A stretch of 64,000 nt of DNA, from positions 62,001-126,000 of the forward strand of contig NIVC01002851.1 in the NCBI GenBank assembly GCA_002269645.1, in the 5' to 3' direction. The notes below the pieces were generated by a model. The model did not search any database and was not told where the DNA came from. It worked only from the letters and a program-made list of their open reading frames with translations. Of the stretch, positions 58,996-64,000 are shown one piece after another (position 1 is the first letter of the stretch; each line of letters starts with the position of its first letter). Made by a program: the position numbers and the translations under genes. This DNA comes from Macrostomum lignano. Lineage: Eukaryota.

Positions 58996-59809
58996 TTAAA
59001 AGGTATTGCCATAGTAACTTCTGCTAGCTCACAACTTTAAAGCGAAATTCAGTGTTTGAATAACTTCGAGCTTGTAAAATCGACCAGCAATTGATTAGAG
59101 ATTGCTTTCACAAAATTATGAAAGTAACATTTAATACTCGTATTTAAAAGTTTATATAGTTCGGCTCATAATTTACAATTGAAACTACATGCATAGACGA
59201 CTTACCAGTGATGACTGTTTGGCCTGTCAAAACCAAATAAATTATCTAACCGGTTGCAGTCAGTGTCAACAGCAACTGGGCAGGGTTCGGACAGCTAAAC
59301 ATTTATGCCAGATCTGCTGCGTACTTCGTAATAAACAGCAACAGCTATCACTTTGCTGTGGTAGGTCGGTCGGGAATCGGTTCTGGAATGAGGCGGGGTG
59401 GGGCTGGATTGGGTTGGGTCTGTAGTTCGTGCAATGCTGTGCGTGCATCCAATATACTTGGCTATTTCTTCATCGCAGACATGTACAATTTCTTTATCAC
59501 CATCTAACAGGGGCGAAAATTTTCTTAATCCTTAGCATTTCAGAAATTCATAAGTCCGTTCGCTTTTAAGCAAATCGTTTTGGTGCAACTCTTTTTTTGC
59601 TTCGCGTCAATCTTAGCTTATCTTGCAACAAACATTGCTGGCGAAGAAATTGTGCATTTTTTCGGATGGGTTTGGCCGTGATATTCGGGACTGACCGGTC
59701 AGGCGAGTTGTGGCAAAGTGGCGGGACAGGAATCGCAGTGTGTGAGCAAACCAGGCTGCACTCTTGGCAACCGTGATGACATTTGACATTTGTCTATAGA
59801 CATGTAGTG

Positions 59810-60010
59810 TTTTGACCATAGACAGTGTTTCGACCATAGACGGTGTTTTGACCATAGACGGTATTTTGACCATAGACAGTGTTTTGACCATAGACGGTGT
59901 TTTGACCATAGACGGTGTTATGACCATAGACAGTGTTTTGACCATAGACATGCAGTGTTTTGACCATAGACAGTGTTTTGACTATAGACAGTGTTTTGAC
60001 CATAGACGGT
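59810..60010. repeat. 18-bp minisatellite GACCATAGACAGTGTTTT
   Basis: About 11 units. Confidence 0.93.
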
Positions 60011-60104
60011 GCAGCCTATTCAACACTGTACATATTGTGTGCCTTTCAAAGCTTCCAAACTGCAGGCTATTCTGGTATGCAATTAATTATGCAATTAAAG
60101 TCAG

Positions 60105-60525
60105 TGTCTCCCAGGCCCTAAAATCGGTGTCTAACGGGCCCTAAAGTAAGTGTCTACTAGGCCCTAAAATCAGTGTCTACCAGGTCCTAAAATCAGTGTC
60201 TACCAGATCCTAAAATCAGTGTCTACCAGGCCCTAAAACCACAGCCTACCAGGCCTTTAAATCAGTGTCTCCCTGGCCCTAAAATCGGTGTCTTAACGGG
60301 CCCTAAAGTCAGTGTCTACCAGGCCCTAAAATCAGTTTCTACCGGACCCTAAAATCAGTGTCTACCAACCCCTAAAGTTAGTGTCTACCGAGCCCTAAAG
60401 TCAGTGTCTATCGCGCCTTAAAGTCAGTCTCTACCGAGCTCTAAAGTTAGTGTCCACCGGGCCCTTAAAACCAGTGTCCACCGGGCCCTAAAGTCAGTGT
60501 TTACCGAGCCCTAAAATCAGGGTCT
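60105..60525. repeat. 23-bp minisatellite CCCTAAAATCAGTGTCTACCAGG
   Basis: Degenerate tandem units next to the GS donor. Confidence 0.9.
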
Positions 60526-60567
60526 AACCGACGCCAACACGCGGCCGAAACTGCCCACAATCCTCAC

Positions 60568-63031
60568 CATAGCTGAACTTGTCAATACTAGACGTCTCGT
60601 GCAGGCCAGTCAGTCGCCGCTTGTTGTCGGCGCCCCCGTGCGGATCGTAGGCCCGGATGTGAGATGCGTGCCGCTTGCCCAACTTTTCGATAGCCTCAAT
60701 CATGACCTTCATGCCGCCAGGCTGTCGCATGGCCTCAGTGCTATAGTTGGTGTGGGCGCCGGCCCCGTTCCAGTCTCCTGGCATTGGTTTCGGATCGAAG
60801 CTGACTACAATGCCAAAATCTTCGGCCACCCGATGCAGCAGGAACCGAGCCAGCCACAGGTGATCGCCCATATCGATGCCTTCGCATGGTCCAACCTGGA
60901 ATTCCCATTGGGCCGGCATCACCTCGGCATTCTCGCCGGCGATCTTCACTTCGGAGTACAGGCAGGCTCGGTAGTGAGCCTCGACCACGTCTCGGCCGTA
61001 GACTTTGTTGGCTCCGACCCCGGTGTAGTACGGACCCTGCGGTCCCGGGAAGCCGTTCTTCGGCCAGCCAAACGGGTGCAGATCCGTGTCCTGCAGGGTG
61101 TACTCCTGCTCGATGCCAAACCAGGGATGCTGATCTTTGACCTTCTGCATCACCTCATTGCAGGAGTGACGCTTATTAGTCCTGTGCACTGTGCCATCGT
61201 GAGAATAGTTCTCACACAGTACCAGCCTGTTATTGCCGCCTCTGAATGGATCTTTGAACAGGGCAACCGGGTGAATCATCACGTCGGAATTGTGGCCTTC
61301 GGCTTGGCCCGTGCTGGACCCGTCGAAATTCCAGATTGGCAGTTCTGGCGTAAATAAAGAAAGTTCACATGTGTACTACATGGAATTTATACTTCTTGTG
61401 ACACCCCCCTTAGGCCAATTTTTTTGAACAAGACTACTAATAGTAGCTGTGGCTGGGAATGAAATGAACTTTTTGAATGCGCAAAACCAGGAGGGTACAC
61501 CGGTGTTTCCTTCCTCCTGTCTTCACTCACTCAGCTTCTCACTTCTCACTTTCTCACTTTAAGTACGAGTAGCGTACGCAGGAGGGAGTCCCGAGGGGGG
61601 GGGCTTTCGCTCCTCCAAAAAATGAGAGAGAATGAGAGGCAACCAAGCTCAACGAATGGCATGGGCTCAACTTTTGCCAACTATTAGGACGTGGCATCTA
61701 CCGGCCTAGAGGACAGGGGCGCCCACTAAAAGACAGGAGCGCCAACCAAGGGACAGGGGCTCCCACTAAAAGACAGGGGCGCCAACCAAGGGAAGGGGCT
61801 CCCACTAAAAGACAGGGGCGCCAACCAAGGGAAGGGGCTCCCACTAATAGACAGGGGCGCCCACTAATAGACAGGGGCGCCCACCAAGAGACAGGGGCAC
61901 CCATCAAGAGACAGGGGCACCCAACAAGAGACAGGGGCACCCACCAAGAGACAGGGGCACCCATCAAGAGACAGGGGCACTCACCAAGAGACAGGGGCAC
62001 CCATCAAGAGACAGGGGCACTCACCAAGAGACAAGGGCACCCATCAAGAGACACAGAATACAGTAAAAACTTGTGTGCACTGCCACCTCTCTGTCATATT
62101 CATAAGTAGATCAAGTGCATATATCTAATTAGTTTTTTTTAATTAACAACCTTTAGGCGACTTAGGCGTGAAGTGCACTGTTCGAGACTTGGCACGCAGA
62201 TTCTCCCCTGAGCCATCGATCCAGATGTACATGCACTGCACTTTGTCGGCTGGCTGAGGCAGAGCCAAGTAGCACTGTGAGAATCAAGGTGAGAAAAAAG
62301 TGACAGGTGACCGGGTCTACATAACAGGTGACAGGGTCTACATAACAGGTGACAGGGTCTACATAACAGGTGACAGGGTCTACATAACAGGTGACAGGGT
62401 CTACATAACAGGTGACAGGGTCTACATAACAGGTGACAGGGTCTACATAACAGGTAACAGGGTCTACATAACAGGTGACAGGGTCTATATAACAGGTGAC
62501 AGGTGACAGGGTCTACATAACAGGTGACAGGGTCTACATAACAGGTGACAGGGTCTACATAACAGGTGACAGGGTCTACATAACAGGTGACAGGGTCTAT
62601 ATAACAGGTGACAGGTGACAGGGTCTACATAACATGTGACAGGGTCTACATAACAGGTGACAAGGTCTACATAACATGTGACAGGGTCTACATAACAGGT
62701 GACAGGGTCTATATAACAGGTGACAGGTGACAGGGTCTACATAACAAATGACAGGGTCTACATAACATGTGACAGGGTCTACATAACAGGTGACAGGGTC
62801 TATATAACAGGTGACAGGTGACAGGGTCTACATAACAGGTGACAGGGTCTACATAACATGTGACAGGGTCTACATAACAGGTGACAGGGTCTATATAACA
62901 GGTGACAGGTGACAGGGTCTACATAACAGGTGACAGGGTCTACATAACAGGTGACAGGATCTATATAACAGAATATATGCAGAACTCACCATCAAGGCAG
63001 TCTTGTTAGTAACATTAGTAATGCCCAACAT
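60568..63031 (-). CDS. GLUL: Glutamine synthetase (GS type II); three exons found, final exon not located
   Basis: Exons 63031-62990, 62274-62151 and 61344-60568. [80 protein letters not shown]. Confidence 0.93.
61710..62050. repeat. 20-bp intronic minisatellite AGACAGGGGCACCCATCAAG
   Basis: GS intron 2. Confidence 0.93.
62300..62970. repeat. 21-bp intronic minisatellite GGGTCTACATAACAGGTGACA
   Basis: Fills almost all of GS intron 1. Confidence 0.97.
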
Positions 63032-63719
63032 TGTTATAATGTATGTGCTGCTAATTAGCTGATGCAATGCAGTTTCACTAAGTCATTTTGAAATCATTCA
63101 CGACCTCAGCTCATATAGGGTTCTGTCTGAATGTACTCTTGGCCTGGAACAATGTACACTCAGCAAGAGAATTCCAGAGTGAGCTGTTCTTTCTGGTTTA
63201 AACCAAAATTAACCGCCGACCCCACTGGTATGAGAGAGGCATGAGAGAATGAATGAGCACTAGCATTGGTCCAAGAGTGTCACTGCTCGGTTTCCAGTTT
63301 AAACAGGAACTCTTATTGCCTCAATGTCAACACCTGTCTGCCCCTCACAGTCAATCACTCAGTGTTTCGCGCTCTAAAAAGTGTTTTTTCATACTTAAAA
63401 ATTCAGAATAAGAACACTGTTCAAATTTGAATATTTTTATTAGTATAAAACTAACTAACAACCGACAAGATTCAATGTATATTTTATATACTTAATACTC
63501 ATGCTTATAAAGTGAAGTACATAGACCCAATAAACTTCTACAAATAGCATAAATAGCAGTTAGCGAAAAAAGTTACACAGAGTAGCAATTTAGGAATTCA
63601 ATTACTAAACCAGTAGTTAAAATTTAATTAGACATAAGTAGAAAAAATCGCTTTTTGTTATCCTGAAATTGACATGGAAGAAACACAATTTATGGTGTGC
63701 AAACTCACTGCCGATAGTT

Positions 63720-64000
63720 TGGGTTTGGGTTTGAGTTTGGGTTGGGGTTTGAGTTTGAGTTTGGGTTGGGGTTGGGGTTTGGGTTTGAGTTTGGGTTTGG
63801 GTTTGAGTTTGAACTTGGGCTTGGGTTTGGGTTTGAGTTTGGGTTTGAGTTTGAGTTTGGGTTTGGGTTTGAACTTGGGCTTGGGTTTGAGTTTGGGTTT
63901 GAGTTTGAACTTGGGCTTGGGTTTGGGTTTGAGTTTGGGTTTGGGTTTGAGTTTGAACTTGGGCTTGGGTTTGGGTTTGAGTTTGGGTTTGAGTTTGAGT
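63720..64000. repeat. Hexamer-based satellite (TTTGGG/TTTGAG/CTTGGG)
   Basis: Visible, runs off the end of the window. Confidence 0.9.

Noticed and set aside
59690-59795. DKCQMSSRLPRVQPG...HCDSCPA as a degenerate GS last exon
   Set aside because: Only a weak resemblance to SIRIPR...EDRRP with the wrong spacing; likely chance
63720-64000. Telomeric repeat or chromosome end
   Set aside because: A mixture of TTTGGG/TTTGAG/CTTGGG with higher-order structure, not TTAGGG

Overview
Eukaryotic, intron-rich genomic DNA from an invertebrate. The GC3-rich exons and minisatellite-filled introns suggest a free-living flatworm such as Macrostomum lignano, but that is inference. By reading splice sites and phases by hand I reconstructed about 12 genes. 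On the plus strand: the 3' end of an SRA/YDG-domain gene, KTI12, an ankyrin+SOCS-box gene, DDX23/PRP28, an uncharacterised ~571-aa putative beta-propeller/polyQ gene and an acetylcholinesterase-like gene. On the minus strand: three paralogues of a small secreted WSC-PAN gene (one frameshifted, one intact, one fused in frame to an RTE-LINE remnant), a secreted 6x F-type-lectin + kringle gene, a coiled-coil ORF and a glutamine synthetase whose last exon I could not find. The rest is largely mini- and microsatellites, tRNA-SINE relics and non-autonomous DNA elements; most long ORFs in the supplied track are artefacts of tandem repeats. The most striking pattern is intronic minisatellites amplified from splice junctions themselves: about 22 tandem CCAG|GTGAG(T/A) sites in one intron, and about 30 copies of the DDX23 exon-2 acceptor, many followed by an immediate stop. 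Paralogue comparison also catches tandem arrays arising from single-copy seeds. Exon coordinates were counted by eye and need RNA confirmation; repeat boundaries and copy numbers are approximate.
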